DNA of 63,930 nucleotides, filler included, from Phoronis australis (Eukaryota > Animalia > Phoronida), in assembly GCA_002633005.1 (NCBI GenBank). It is 6 parts of 6 records of this genome, joined end to end, with 100 filler letters (N's around TTAATTAATTAA, not from the genome) between each part and the next. Parts side by side here need not be neighbours in the genome. Positions count along the whole stretch, not along the records: positions 1 to 30,876 come from NMRA01000200.1; 5 more parts are not named here. The stretch is one strand, 5' to 3'. The position numbers and the translations under genes were made by a program. Shown piece by piece: positions 1 to 14,032 of the stretch. Within the stretch, counting starts at the first letter, position 1; the number at the start of each line of letters is the position of its first letter. Below the pieces are notes generated by a model. The model was not told the DNA's origin. It ran no database searches and was given only the letters and a program-made list of their open reading frames with translations.

Positions 1-307
1 CGTTACTTGAATTGTAATTCACATTGCTAAACCACCGTCTCGGAAGCCCGGCGTCGTTGCGCTCTTTGTGATCATCGATCTTTTTCTAAAAGTCGGGAAA
101 TCGCACGTTTCCTTAGCACTGGGCGCTAAATCTTCATTCTTTAAAAGTCGGGAATGGGCGCTTAACCAAGAGGTGGGCGCTTAACTGGAAATCTTCAAAA
201 ATCGCAGGGGGGCGGTTAACCGAGCAGTGGGCGGTTAAATCGAAAATCCACTTAAAGTCGGGGATGGGCGGTTAACTGAGCATGGGCGTTAACCCGAACG
301 ATTACGG
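1..307. mobile_element. Right end of a non-autonomous TA-flanked DNA transposon (same family as 25007-27421)
   Basis: Near-identical to ~27115-27421; has GGGCGGTTAA/GGGCGCTTAA subterminal repeats and ends ...GTTAACCCGAACGATTACGG followed by TA (308-309). Confidence 0.85.
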
Positions 308-2172
308 TATGACTCCCAGAAAAAAACAATTTCTTGTCAAAAGAAAATTTCTGAATTCAGAATGTTCACTTTATTTCAAAAGAATGAAACTCATCACAGC
401 TGGGTTAAAATTTCCCATTTTGTATTCCAGACAAGGCCTTTTTTATCAACAAAATTCAGAGGTTAACTTACAATTAACCAAACAATCAGTCAAGCTTAAC
501 GCTTAGACAAGTCATGATTTAATTTTTATCATCGGAAAATATTTCCAACAATAAAACCTATTCTTTGTGATGCCTTAAATCAAGGTGGTACAGAACACTA
601 ATGAAAGCATGCATGTTAATTTTCAGCAAACACTAGTTTTGATGATGCATGGTATTGCTTCGTGGTCTAACTGCAGTGTTGTCCAGGATAGTGCCACACC
701 AAACTCATTCTCAAAATGTCCATGTTCATCTTGACATTTGATAAACAGGCTGGAGGCAAGCTGCAGAACACACAACATTGGCTAATGCCATGCCTTCAAT
801 GTGCCACCATACACCAGGTTCTAGCTCAGATTATACAACACTTAAGAACTACTTTACAGTACCTGGGTGACACTGGGTGCATTATACCGAACTCAAAATT
901 AATGGAAACATGCAACCAACTAAACCGTCACTATATTTCAGTTAATATTGTTACCATTTCTATTATTAGGAATAATGCTAATAGCAACTTTTATTCTTAT
1001 TTGTGTCTCTACGCGAGGTATTTAGAATCGTCTGAAAATACTCGTTGAAGACAAAAATAAGAGCAACTTTTGCAGAATTGCATACAGCTCAACGGATGTC
1101 CACAATGAATCGATGCATAAGCAAAGCTGGCAACATAACAATTTGGGCCGTGAACCTCACTTCCGAAAGGATGCGTGCATGGTTAATTAAAATGCCTCGA
1201 GAGATAACCAGTAAAAAGTAAATTCACCAATGAAAATGATGCTAAAAACAATTGCTTTTCCCTTAAAATTCCAATTTCCTATTAAGTGAACATCACTTAT
1301 CCTTTATCAACCTAGTATTCTGGTCAATCAGTCCACTCTAATCCATAAAAACAGGAATATCCAATCACAATATCATCTAATGAGCATGTATAAAGTGAAT
1401 GTGATATTCAAGTCTATCACCCAACAACCCACAAAGAACCACACAGCCAGCCAAAAGTAATCTTGGCTCCAACCATGAACAAGGAAAAAATACAATTACT
1501 AATGCTCAGTACAAGGCTCGTGGATATAGCAATACCAAGGAGGCAGAAAGACTCATTCATGAGCAGTGATCAGCTGTGCAAAGGAACCTAACACAGGAGA
1601 AACGGTGAATCCTGCACTAGCAGTTTGTACAAATAGATGTGACTACTGAGACAGAACCACTGCATATTCAAGTGAGCGATAAGAGTTTGAGAGCACCGAC
1701 GACTTTAAGAACATAGATCAGCAGCAACATCAGAATGACAGTTCGCATTCTGTGGGACCGGTCATTGGACAGACAGGTAGGAAATACGTTTTGTGAGAAT
1801 AACTATGGGAAATATTACAAAAAGAGTTTAAGACTTCTTGGTTCCTGTAAAGTACGCTCACATCAAAATGACATTATCGTTTTTGTGGCCAAAAATGCAA
1901 CAATCGGATTTTTGTTCAATAGGATTAACTTTTTAAAGTTAGTTTTGAGGAGAGATAGATATGTCGAGTTTATCCGATTGTATTACAAATCACAAATTTA
2001 CCCAGATTTCTGTCAGATATTCGCAGAAATCAAGGCCAATGACCAGTTAAACACACGCCAACGTCGCCGAGAAAATAAAAGCACAACTACACAACGGATT
2101 TTGTTTTACATCTCTGGTCAAAACTACCCAACAATAATCACAAAGATGTGTTTTATGGCAGTACAAACCAGA

Positions 2173-2343
2173 ATGTTCTATTAGTATATATATTTATTCA
2201 ATAACTAGGCCAGTATGTTCTATTAGTATATATATATTTATTCAATAACTAGGCCAGTATGTTCTATTAGTATATATATTTATTCAATAACTAGGCCAGT
2301 ATGTTCTATTAGTATATATATTTATTCAATAACTAGGCCAGTT
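2173..2343. repeat. Minisatellite, 42-44 bp x4
   Basis: Unit ATGTTCTATTAG(TA)nTTTATTCAATAACTAGGCCAGT starting at 2173, 2215, 2259 and 2301. Confidence 0.95.
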
Positions 2344-2656
2344 GTAAATAGGTGTTAGTGTGGCTAAAAAGTTAAGGTAGAAAAATCTCAATTTTGCTGC
2401 AAAATAAAACCTATTTGCCGGTGCACTCAAGAATCCGTAGGCAGCAACCCTTCGAACTTCCAAATCTGGTTAAATATACAACAGCATCATTCACTGACGA
2501 GCTTCATACGCTACAATTCACGGTACACACGCCCATCTTTCTGGATAAAACCCGCTATGTGTACCGCGAATGTGAGCCAATCTGTATCAAGCCAGTCACC
2601 AGAGATAACAGATGTGTTTTTAACCACTTCTGCCTGCTGGTATAAATGAACATGCT

Positions 2657-2880
2657 CATCAAAAACCGACCCCCAATGATGAAAATGATTACCATAGCTA
2701 GGATGCAGTCTTCCTGAAATGAAATTCGGAAAATTCTAAATTAAAAGTCCAGTGAAAGCGTGACCTATTCATCAAAAAATGAACCCCAATGACGAAAATG
2801 ATTACCGTAGCTAGAACGCAGTCTTCCTGAAATGGAATTTGGAAAAGTCTAAATTATAAGTCCAATGAAAGCGCGATTTA
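2657..2880. repeat. Diverged tandem duplication, ~112 bp x2
   Basis: TCATCAAAAA...CCCCAATGA.GAAAATGATTACC.TAGCTAG...GTCCA.TGAAAGCG occurs twice head-to-tail. Confidence 0.85.
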
Positions 2881-5313
2881 ACAACATCAGGACAACCTGC
2901 AGTACACGGAGTTGCAAAGTCACTTGCAGGAGAAGCAATAAAAATTAATTCAGGTCGTAGTTTAAGGTTACGTAGGACCATGGACACCGTGGACGTTGTG
3001 GCCCCATCTAGAGGAGGTCATGGCCTCGTCAGGATGGGTAGTTTTAAAAAATGACCGCTTGGACAGCACAGTCAAAACAACCGCGGTGAAAACGACGTCT
3101 AAACAAAGAATTTTTACATTTCTGATCAAGAAATTTTATCAAAATCTACAATTAGTTGTTTTAGTTCGATAAATATTCGGACACGAATCAAGAGGAGACA
3201 GAGTATCCCAGAAATGCCCAAATATGGCATACTTTGGAAGAGTGTATCTCAGAAATGACCCATCGTAGTCGTGTGAAATTTCCGTATACTATGCTCTTCA
3301 CCCACTGTTCATTAAACTATTAGGGATTGTTTTAAAACATTTCCACTTTTACACGAGGAGGGGCTATCAAAAACACGACTTGAATGATATTGAAGAAAGA
3401 AATCAAGTTGCCCGAAACAAAAACGAAATGATAATATATTAAACTTCAACAGCGTTTTAATGATTTTGTCTTTTAATACTTACATCAAAAGAATTGCATT
3501 CCAGTTATTGCTAGTCTACATGCTTTCTACTTGCAGAAAATAATATGTACTTTTACTCAGCTAAAATCTATAAATTTCTAGATAATTTGGCTAAATACAC
3601 ACAATTGTCAATTAAGTCTTACATAACCTTAAGCAAACTATGCCTGGAGCTGAAACTGAGATCGATCCTGGAAATAAGTAAACAACAGTTTACATTACAC
3701 GACTATCTGAACACCACAATACCAGCCAGTACCAGGGCACCTCTACATGCCCATGTGTTGCCTAGTTTTCTTCTGGAAGACTGCGATTTGGACATTTTGA
3801 CTTTGAGGGACAGTCCTTGAGTATTACATTGTTCAGGATTTTGAAAATGTAGTGGCATCACCAACGGACTATTTGGGATAAGACCTCCCAAGTCAGCGGG
3901 GGCTTTATACCTGTCACCTAGAAGTTTACACCAACAGACAAATGTAAATCACACACTAGAAACAATATTGGAGAAAAAGGCATCAACACTAACAAGGCAC
4001 ATGTTAGTCAGTCCTGCTAGGACTGTTATTACCTACAGCTACCATGTTAGTCAGTCTTGCTAGAAGTCTTATTACCTACAACTAACCAGTGAGGTGGTAA
4101 CTTGATCTAAGTTCACCAGAAGCTTAAGGTGATCATCAGTACCTATAGTCGTCAACAAGGTGCAATTGATCAAAATAATCCTGTGCAGACCAGGTCTGTC
4201 TTTCCACAGCCGTTTAAAGCAGAAAAAAATACATGCCAACAGGGTATCATTTACTTGTCAGGTGTTACCTGGATCAGGTAAATGTTGATTCAAGGGTCAC
4301 TCATCATTCTGGTGAAGAAATGACTGTAAACAAAAGTGGCATTTTTCACTTTGATGTTCTCTCTTGATATTGTTACAGGTAAGCAGGTTTGGTAGGGTGG
4401 TGGCACCAATTCATGGAAGAGCTTGTTTGGTTGCTTTCCTGGGTATCACATTAGATGAGTATTTTGGTTTCATAATATCGTCTCGGGTAGAAGGGGTTGG
4501 GAAAGTGGTTCTTTGGGTAGACTTGGTCAAGATTTTGAATTTACAGTAGTACCCTCTGCCACAATTTGAATAGAAACAGAGGAAAACAGGTTGGCTTCAC
4601 AGCCCTTAGCTCGACAGAGCACTGTTGCCATGTATTTGCTAAGACAGAGCACAAACATGCTATGCATTTGCTAGACAGAGCATATGCCATGTATTTATCT
4701 GAGATAACTGCCATGTTAGGTGTAACATCCAGCCCCAATTTCAAATGCTCTCGTCTAAATATCCCCACTGGGTGATAATTTTCAACAACAACATCAATTC
4801 CTACAAAACACAGTTAGAACTTGTGTTCATCAAAGCTTACGTGACTTAGTTAAATTAACATCTACAAAGAATTGCAAATAAATGCTTACACGCGATTTAC
4901 AAACCATAAATTTTGTCTAGATTCAGGCAATACTTCATGTAAAGAGATTTATAAAACTACAATTCAGGCTTGTACATTACGGAAACTCTGATAGGTCATT
5001 TGGATCGAAGCCCAACAAATTTCTCAAAAATCATGTTTTATGCACTTGGGTTGATGCCAACCCGCGTATTTTAGCTTTCCCTTCTAGTCAACCCAGACAA
5101 ATGCTCAGAGAACTTAAATATTCAACTTTGTTGTCTATTTAGTATTGGTTTCTTAGTTTGTTAGCTTAACTAATGTTTTAATCCCCACTTTTATATATGA
5201 GTATCAAGGAAAGTAGAAAAGATTAAAAAGCAAACGCTCGTCACTTTTGCCTTCCAATCATCCGATCACATGAGACAGCGAATCAACCTTTTTACCATGG
5301 AAAGCCTAAGGTA

Positions 5314-7197
5314 CGGTAAAAATTCCCAAATTTAGGACAGCGAAAAAATAATTCTTTTGAGCTTGTCTGAAATTTTAGAAATAGGCAATATTCGCTGTCC
5401 GAAATTCGAGAAATATGAGAAAGACAGCAAAATCGACAGTGTCTGAATTCTTAGAATTTCAATTTCAATTTCAATTTGCGGTTTTAGACTGTTTGAACAG
5501 CCGCTCAGATTTGTGATCATTATTGCTGACAAGAAATCCACACTATGCCCTCAAAAACGTAAATAGCAATGTTGCTGACTCTAAACACAATCCGCTTACT
5601 AAACCTTATGATAGGAAATATATATAATTTGTCATGCAACACACCCTGACTGATTATTCGAAATATCCATTGGTGCTCAATGTCTTCACGTTACACTGTT
5701 CGCAAACCAAACACAGACGACTTGGCTTGGTTTATTTCTGGGGCAGCGCGTGCGATATAATTATGAGTCACCTGTCACTCAAACAGAATGAAACAGTGGT
5801 CCCGCCAATGAGACACATGTAAATAAGGTCCCGCGGTCTTAGCTCGATAACGTACCGGGCGTTTATTTGACAAGTATAGAACTGTTGATTTATGCGACTG
5901 GGGTACATTCAATCAATTCCTGAATCCTTATTCTTAAACATAGCAGTAGGTCAGATCACAATTCTAACTGCAAAACACCACCATGCACAAGTGACTGGGG
6001 TACATTCAATCAATTTCTGAATCCTTATTCTTAAACATAGCAGTAGGTCATATCACAATTCTAACTGCAAAACACCACCATGCACAAAAGTGACTGTTCA
6101 AGTAGCCACCTACAAGAGTGTCACCTTCTTCGACGCTAATTATGCTTTGATGTAAAAGCGGTTCGTCCCGATAATCTCATCCCTTGCATTCCTGGTACTC
6201 TGTTGAAATTTTATCTGTTCTATGTTCAATCTGGCCCAATAGCAGCGCCGTCCTCTAATTTGTTTTTTATGCATGAGTACGGATTTAGATCGAACTCCGC
6301 TATGGGCCCAGGTTTCATTTTACAAATCACACGCCATGGGTCAACAACCCATTAAAGGGATTGGGGACGGGTGAAAATGGAGCAACTTTGATTAAAGATT
6401 AAAAGCTTCACACTTTGTTTCAGATGGCATCAAAATTCTTAACCTAGGTGCGAGAGAGCCCAAACATTTCGTGTAGAATACAAAATATTCTAGTAAATAG
6501 AATGTCACTGAGGGAAACATAAAGATATATTTACAACAAGAACATTATTAAGTATACTGCACGACAAACTAGGACATGGAATCTTGCTTTTCAACGAAGT
6601 CTGTTTTAACTCAACACTGAATATCGTTTCGCCAATTCGCGCACATGGCATAGAGAAGATCGGGGCGCCAAGAGAAGTTAAGTGGGCCGCAGGTTTGCAG
6701 AACAAATTGAAGCCGCGAACCCGGGATTCGACTTGGTAGCACAACGGTCTCGTCACTGGTGCTTATTAATTAGCTGTTAATCAAAATACAAAGCGTGATA
6801 CTGAGGCAATTACACGAAAGTCGGAAAACATACAGTTCATTTGCATAACGAAACCGCGATCAAGTGTGGCAAATATTTTGAGTCCGTGATTACGACTGCC
6901 AAGAAAACGTGCGACATAAACACAAACCATCCACATCGATAACTATAGACTGCGACATCAGTGAATACATTACACCAGTGGCAGTTTTAAACAATGTGTA
7001 AATATTGACCTATCATGTGAAAAAGCGCACTGTCTGAAATGTGAGAATTACTGCCAATGCCCCTAAAATCGATGTGTCCGAAATTTGAGAAACATGGTCT
7101 ATGCCAAATTCGACCGTGTCCCAAATTTCAGAATCAAAAATTTCACTTTGGGTGTCCTAAATTTGGGAGACTGTCCTAAATTCGGGAATTTTTACCA
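5314..7197. mobile_element. Non-autonomous TIR DNA transposon with TA target duplication (Tc1/mariner-type target), ~1.9 kb
   Basis: Left end TA|CGGTAAAAATTCCCAAATTTAGGACAG, right end CTGTCCTAAATTCGGGAATTTTTACCA|TA: a 27-bp TIR with 2 mismatches. Subterminal TGTCCGAAATT repeats; internal 97-bp tandem duplication at 5896-6087; no transposase ORF seen. Confidence 0.85.
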
Positions 7198-8405
7198 TAA
7201 TTCTTATTTAGCATACAATATGGCCGACAAGTGAAATGCTCCACAAATAAAGTAAATATTAAGAACATTTTAGTCTATTGCAGAATTAAGATGTCATAAA
7301 ACAACATTTTGCTCAAGTTTCCATTATTTGCTAAAAAAGGAAAACTGACCAGTTTGCTAATTATTGGTGTGCAAAATAAGTGAAAAATTAGCATACATTC
7401 CAATGATGTGATTTGTGGCAAGGCTGGGCCCACGCGTGATTGGCTACAACATTAACATTTATGCAAATTAATCTTATACTAATTACACGTACATGTCTGG
7501 TCAGACCCTTCATGTGCAATTATGCCAAAATTCCACATGCATGTCTAACAAGTGTACTAACATCTGCTGTCAAACAATACGTCAACCGCGGAAACATAGA
7601 ATCAGCGAGTCTGACAGAAACACTGTTATACCTATTCTGAAAGCCCTTAAGATTATTAAACAGGTGAATTGCTACTTTTTAATGGATAGTAACTAGACGG
7701 GAATGAAAAATCTAAAAACCTGATAATCAGAGTAATTTGTGAAAAACTTGACATTGAGTAATGGTTCACCTGTTTTGTCCCAAAAACTTGACCTTAAGTA
7801 ATGGTTCACCTGCTTTGTCCCAAAAACCACTGAAACAGCCAGAGTAACAGATTTTACACTAAATGAAATAGCTTGACATAAATTTACAGTTTTATGTAAA
7901 TTGCTACTTATTAACATGTTATCTCTGAGTTATCGTACCCACATCTTCAGAAACCATGAATAAACATGTGTGCTTGTGCCATCTGAATTCAACAGTCATT
8001 ATTTTATAACTTTTATGTGATGTTTAATCTATGTAATCCAAGCCAAAACACCATTTTTGAGAGATGGCAAAATAATGTTGATGACTTAAGTCATTTTCAA
8101 CACAACACAGGAACAGCACTAATTAAACTTAGATTCATGCCAGGTTGTGTCGCTTAACCAGGTCGTATTATTAAACAAGACGAGGTGCACAAGGGTTCTT
8201 GTGTACATATTCACCATGGTTACCCTAGTACACACACAGAAGAAAGGCACTTTAGTCTACTTTACGACCAATCCTGAAAAACTATTACTGGCAATCAATA
8301 TCCTGTCAAAAACAAATGTACAATTCAAGATTGGCTACATCTGTTCAACTACTCATGCATCACCAGTGTGACCTGAGCTTACGGAGCTATCGTCTATATC
8401 CTGAG

Positions 8406-8569
8406 AGCATGACTATTTGGGGTGTGCGCACCTACGTAGCATGACTATTTGGGGTGTGCGCACCTACGTAGCATGACTATTTGGGGTGTGCGCACCTACG
8501 TAGCATGACTATTTGGGGTGTGCGCACCTACGTAGCATGACTATTTGGGGTGTGCGCACCAACGTAGCA
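8406..8569. repeat. Minisatellite, 32 bp x5
   Basis: Unit AGCATGACTATTTGGGGTGTGCGCACCTACGT, near-perfect copies with no spacers. Confidence 0.97.
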
Positions 8570-8935
8570 CTAGCAGCGCTGTGATTACTACGGTGATGAG
8601 ATGTTTGACAGGAAGATCGATTCATTTCACCTAATAGACTGCAGATAGGAACATGCGTTGAATCATCTCATCTAACAAACAATGAACACTGTTATTCAAT
8701 AAGTAAGGTCAAACACAAGTAATCAAGTCCACTTTGAACAACAAGTCGATTCCATTACCAATATTGTTAAGGTAGTCCTTTCTATTGTTGTTATAGGAAA
8801 TATGATGACATCACTGGACATAATGACACCATTGTTTTTGGAGTTTCAGTTCTCAGACTATAACCTTCATGGGATTTGAAGCAGATGACAAAAGCATGAA
8901 GTGATCACGGAGGTCACAAACAACAGACGACAACA

Positions 8936-9281
8936 GACAATAATGGGTGCATGGTAGTTCATACATGACAATAATGGGTGCATGGTAGTTCATACATGAC
9001 AATAATGGGCGCATGGTAGTTCATACATGTCAATAATGGGTGCATGGTAGTTCATACATGACAATAATGGGTGCATGGTAGTTCATACATGACAATAATG
9101 GGTGCATGGTAGTTCATACATGTCAATAATGGGTGCATGGTAGTTCATACATGACAATAATGGGTGCATGGTAGTTCATACATGACAATAATGGGTGCAT
9201 GGTAGTTCATACATGACAATAATGGGTGCATGGTAGTTCATACATGACAATAATGGGTGCATGGTAGTTCATACATGACAA
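8936..9281. repeat. Minisatellite, 31 bp x11
   Basis: Unit GACAATAATGGGTGCATGGTAGTTCATACAT, near-perfect copies with no spacers. Confidence 0.97.
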
Positions 9282-11633
9282 CCACTTTTGTTCTAACCGC
9301 AGCATTTTACGTAAAAAACAACAATATAGCAAACCACAGCACTGACGAAAATGAGTCAAAATAGGACGAAGTGTCAAAATGCATTGCATGTACCTACTTA
9401 TTAGATGCTGTTACATCTAGTAACTGTTGTTATACTCCTTGGGAACTCCTTTGGCCCTGTCAAGCACGGCTCGTGATATTAGATTATTTCGACAAAACGA
9501 TGGTTTGAAAACTTTATAATGAGCATTGACAAAAATGCGTATTAATTCCCGAAAGTACATAGCATTTTGGCACTACGCCATAGCACTACGGAAATGGCAA
9601 AAATACATAGCAAATACGAAATTCACGTATTGGATGAATGACATGTACGTAAAGGTAACCCGTTTCTCTCTGAGCATCTCAATTCCATTATGGCACTATG
9701 AGCAGAACAGGCCACAGTTAATTAATTCTAGCTGATTAACAACGAATTAATCATTGGAAATTGCACAATGTCCACCTGATTTTATCTCCGAATCAATATG
9801 AGCTATTTGTCAAAGAGGGCGGTGAGCTGCAGTCCAGTGAAGCCAACAGGAGGACAAGAGGGCACATTAAGACTGCTGAAGACCACTAACTAGATGTAGC
9901 ATAGCGAAGGATTTGTCTATACACAACTGAAGGTTCAACACAACCACAGATAAGCCAGTACTTAACTTAGCCATCACTGAAATAAAACTAGTTATTAGAA
10001 AACACAAGCAGCTGTTGCTATGTCTAATTTATCACTAAAAATTATCACGCCTTCCTCAGATGATATGAAAAAGCTTAGCTGCCTGGCAAAGGTTTCACTT
10101 ACTGGAAAACCAAGGTGGTATGTTTGACAAATTATTGACTATTGAGCTAAACGAATTTTCCTAAGATGATCTGGCGCTAGTATAAGTAAATTTAGCTACC
10201 TATTGTTCTCATTTCCGTTCTTATACATTCTTATATTTATATTGGGTGATGCTTCTGTAGGACAAAGATGGTCAACATCAAAGTAAGATAAGATACAAAT
10301 GATGTTTATTAAGTCAGAAATAAAACCTGTGCAGGGATAATTTTAGGAAGAAGCCAAGCATCACAAGTGCACAAAATTTTCCTTTGTGATTGCTCGACTA
10401 ACAATCACACTTAAGTCCTGCTGCAGAAATAAGAAATAGTACGTATAGAACGAGACTAAGGTAATCAGGCAAACTACCATTTCAGCTTCATGGCTCCTAA
10501 TTCTAATAAAACAATTTGTAATAACTCTGTGGGCGGCAAAATTCCAGTTGCGGAATGGTTCAGCCACCTCGTTAACTTTGGTGTCCACTCCCCTTCATTC
10601 TCAGTCATGAGGGAAGACTACTCTGATGATAAATTTGGCTTCTGTCCAACCATCACGACAGGGAATTGTGGGTCATTTTGTTTGAATACTTTTGATTGAA
10701 CATGAACTTTTTTATTTGTGCGGCGATCGTCCGGTTTTTAATCTTACTGTGGCCAAAAACTGATTTAATTACTTTTGGCTTGCACTGTGCATTTATTGTG
10801 TTCAGATTGTGACATGAAGCCAACTATTCAACATCGTAGTCCTACGATGTAGAACAGTTGATCAAAACTTACGAGTATGTTCGTGATCAAAACAACGAGC
10901 TCAGTGGTTGAGTAACCTGCAGGGATAGCAGACAAAATTACTTGACTAAGATATCGCAACAAAAAATCCAACTGAAAAAGGACAGAAAAACCTACAGGTT
11001 TTCTAAATTGGCTCATAGATTTGAGGACCCGTAGGTCAACTGACCCAAGCCCACATCTTCTTTGAGCTCAATTAAAACGGCAGTACAATAGAAAGGGAAG
11101 TGTTAATGCACCTTATTTCACAACTCAATTTGTTTGACCACCACAAAACTAAACTAAACATACGACTCTAGCTGTTGCGTGATATCTAATCTAACTACAT
11201 CTCAATACACCATTAAGTGTTGTTTTCTACTACCACCACAATAAAAATGGATTCATTCATGATTGCTAGACAAGGTATTTGGGTTTGCCATAAGTGGCCA
11301 GGTTTTTGATTTACGTGTTATTATATTCAAAGTTAACCTTGCATCCTCTAATACAGAATCGGAGACGAAAACTGTCAAAGAAAAATTCAGTTTTTCCCTT
11401 CAGCTTTTTATATGTTATCCAAGTGTACCAGCATTGTACAGGCACTTTGGTGCCATTAAGTCCAGCAACTAAAATACTGGTAAGTTGTGAAGTACGTAAC
11501 TAAACCATGATACAAGAGGAATTTTAAGCTTTCCTGCTGATATATGCTTTTCCAAACCTTGATGAAATGGTATCAGCATGTTTTCGAAAATAAAATCAAG
11601 CATATGGCCATTTTTTTAAACTACAAGAATACA

Positions 11634-11724
11634 AATAATCATCAATCAATATCAAAATAATCATCAATCAATATCAAAATAAGCATCAATCAATATCAAA
11701 ATAATCATCAATCAATGTCAAAAT
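11634..11724. repeat. Minisatellite, 23 bp x4
   Basis: Unit AAATAATCATCAATCAATATCAA. Confidence 0.9.
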
Positions 11725-11903
11725 AGACAAAATTTAATGATGAAGTTAAAGGCATAAAGATTCTTAATAAAGTAGACTCTGTTGACGAATAAATATTTCA
11801 GTCTTTTCCCCTAGCTCAAAAATTCATTAATGACTTTAATCTTGAATACAAAACTTTGGAAGGTTCAAACCTAAAAAATACTGTTGCATAACTATTTTTT
11901 CAG

Positions 11904-12725
11904 AGATTTAACCAGATGGACACCATCGTTTCCAACCCAGTGCTCGTGCGACAGTTCGAGACATACATCACAGGGGATGAAGACAGATGCGTGGTCACTG
12001 GACTTGCAGTTGATGATGCCGGCAACATGTACGTGGCAGACGCATGCAACAAGAGAATCAAAGTGTACGACAGCAAAGGGAACTTCCGGTTGTTCTTCGC
12101 CGACACTGGGCCGCATAAAGTAAAGGAGCCACATGACATTGTTGTGATAACTCATGATCGGCTCGCCGTGACAGACGGTGGTGATCGCTCCGTCAAGATT
12201 TACAATCTTAAAGGAAAATTCCTCTCGTCTATTGGCAAGTTCCTCGATCCCCATGGCATTGCGACAAATTGTAGAAATGAGATCATTGTTGTCGATGGAA
12301 TTGCTCGATCAGTATACGTCTACTCGTCAGAGGGTGCCCTGGTTACTGCCATACGCAGTATGAACTCGGAAACTCTCAGCCAACCGAAATATATCACCAC
12401 AACAATAGCAGACGACATCGCCGTAACTGACACCCAAGACCATAGTATCAAAATATTTGACAGGATGGGACAGTTCCGATACAGCTACCAACAGAAAACC
12501 AGTGAGTCTTTCTTGTTTCACCCGACTGGCATTTGCACTGATCCAGAAGGACACCTGGTGGTCGCAGATGAAGACCACCACCGGCTACTAAGGATCAGGC
12601 GTGACAACTCCCAGGAAAGCCTGCTGGCCAATGGCCTCGCATATCCACGAGCCGTCTGCTTCCCAGACAAGGAAACGCTGGTGGTGGCTGAATACTACGG
12701 CGCAATCAAAGTCTATAAAGTTTAG
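11904..12725 (+). CDS. NHL-repeat six-bladed beta-propeller protein (TRIM2/3/71-type NHL domain), terminal coding exon
   Basis: Splice acceptor TATTTTTTCAG ends at 11903. The frame is open from 11904 (RFNQ-M, ATG at 11916) to TAG at 12725. Six NHL repeats: VTGLAVDDAGNMYVADACNKRIKVYD, EPHDIVV..LAVTDGGDRSVKIYN, DPHGIATNCRNEIIVVDG, QPKYITT..IAVTDTQDHSIKIFD, HPTGICTDPEGHLVVADEDHHR, YPRAVCF..LVVAEYYGAIKVYK. AATAAA signals lie downstream (e.g. 13063). Confidence 0.93.
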   Translation, partial: RFNQMDTIVSNPVLVRQFETYITGDEDRCVVTGLAVDDAGNMYVADACNKRIKVYDSKGNFRLFFADTGPHKVKEPHDIVVITHDRLAVTDGGDRSVKIYNLKGKFLSSIGKFLDPHGIATNCRNEIIVVDGIARSVYVYSSEGALVTAIRSMNSETLSQPKYITTTIADDIAVTDTQDHSIKIFDRMGQFRYSYQQKTSESFLFHPTGICTDPEGHLVVADEDHHRLLRIRRDNSQESLLANGLAYPRAVCFPDKETLVVAEYYGAIKVYKV

Positions 12726-14032
12726 GTAACTAAGAACAAGCGAAAAAACATGGAGTATGGTGTATTTGATGTTGTTGCAATATCCTGTTCAACTATGTGA
12801 ACCACTTGTCAGAAAAACGAAATTGAGGCATGTAAGATTTATTGTCGTACCACATTTTGCACACGCAAAACTCTATACATCACTTTTGATTATACTCACA
12901 GAGTCTGTGTTCATAGCATTTTATTACCAATTCCAGAAGATATTTTTAGCCATAAGTACCACTGGTTCAATTAGTAAAGTAACACATCTTCATTCTTTGG
13001 GAAGGAAAAACACCAAGACCGATGCAAAATATCATTTTCTTGCTTCATTCCCTAGCTTTTGTAATAAATTAGAGTCTGTTATGAACTTGAAAACAACATG
13101 CTTGTAACATGCCCACACCACGTTTCTTTAGTCTTTCGTGAGACAATGGCAAGTTTGCCGAGTCAAAATATGCGTAGAAATTTGGTTTGATTGTAATAAA
13201 TTGTTAAAAACTTAAAATAAAATGAATCCAATTCTAGTACATTGTTATTTATACACAGCCTTGTAGAAGAATAGCCGATTGAAGACTTGGCGAAAAAGAA
13301 ATTTGCCAATAGGTGGCCCTCTATTTCACTGTGCTTTAAGCTGAAGCATGTCGCTCCACAAATTGATCATTGGAATAAAAGTGTAATGGTAACTTATAGC
13401 ACGCTGGAATGTACTTGTTGTACTCAAGGAAATGTGCAGTTTTAATGGTGTTAATTTAGTGCCACGTTTTATTTCGTCAGTTTTCTACCAACACCGTTAC
13501 AAAGCAGCATATTTATTATACAGTTTAATGTCAAGACTGGGCAAAATTCAGTATTCGCGCAACAACCTGGACACAACAGGCTGCCCAAATGCTCCCTTGA
13601 TGGAGCAGTGCGTACCTGTTATGTTGAGAGTCTAAATCCTCTACTTAGTGAACAGGCAGAGGTTTATCTTGTAAGGATACTGAAGTCATCAATCAACATT
13701 CTCCAGATAACTGGCTTTGTGTTTCCATTTTGTTAAGAAGCACAGTCTCAGTTTTATGAAATTTACACCTTGATAATTAAGCAGCGACATACTGCCAGAA
13801 CACTCCCCATTACATGTAGTCAACAACACTGAAACGCTGACACCAGACTAAGATTAAAGACAAGTTTGTGAACAAGCCATAGGTGAAAAAAAGACGTAGC
13901 CACTCCGTGCTGGACAGAATGACAGTCTTGGCGATGATCAATTTTCTGTATTACTTTTCCGATATGAAAATCACGACGACAGAAACACACAGCTCCACAA
14001 GGGCAAGTTTAGGCTAATAGCAACAAATATGG

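Noticed and set aside
4566-4775. ORF with CCHVFAKTEHKHAMHLLDRAY as a B-box exon for the NHL gene
   Set aside because: The peptide comes from a degenerate ~30-bp tandem repeat (GACAGAGCA...TGC.ATG.ATTTGCTA); Cys/His spacing is incomplete and there are no convincing splice sites.
3703-4802. Exon-like minus-strand stretches as further DIP2 exons
   Set aside because: No similarity to the DIP2 AMP-binding domain sequence that should follow, and in-frame stops are present.
8406-9281. 31-32 bp repeat arrays as CRISPR arrays
   Set aside because: Units are directly adjacent with no unique spacers, there are no cas genes, and the context is eukaryotic.
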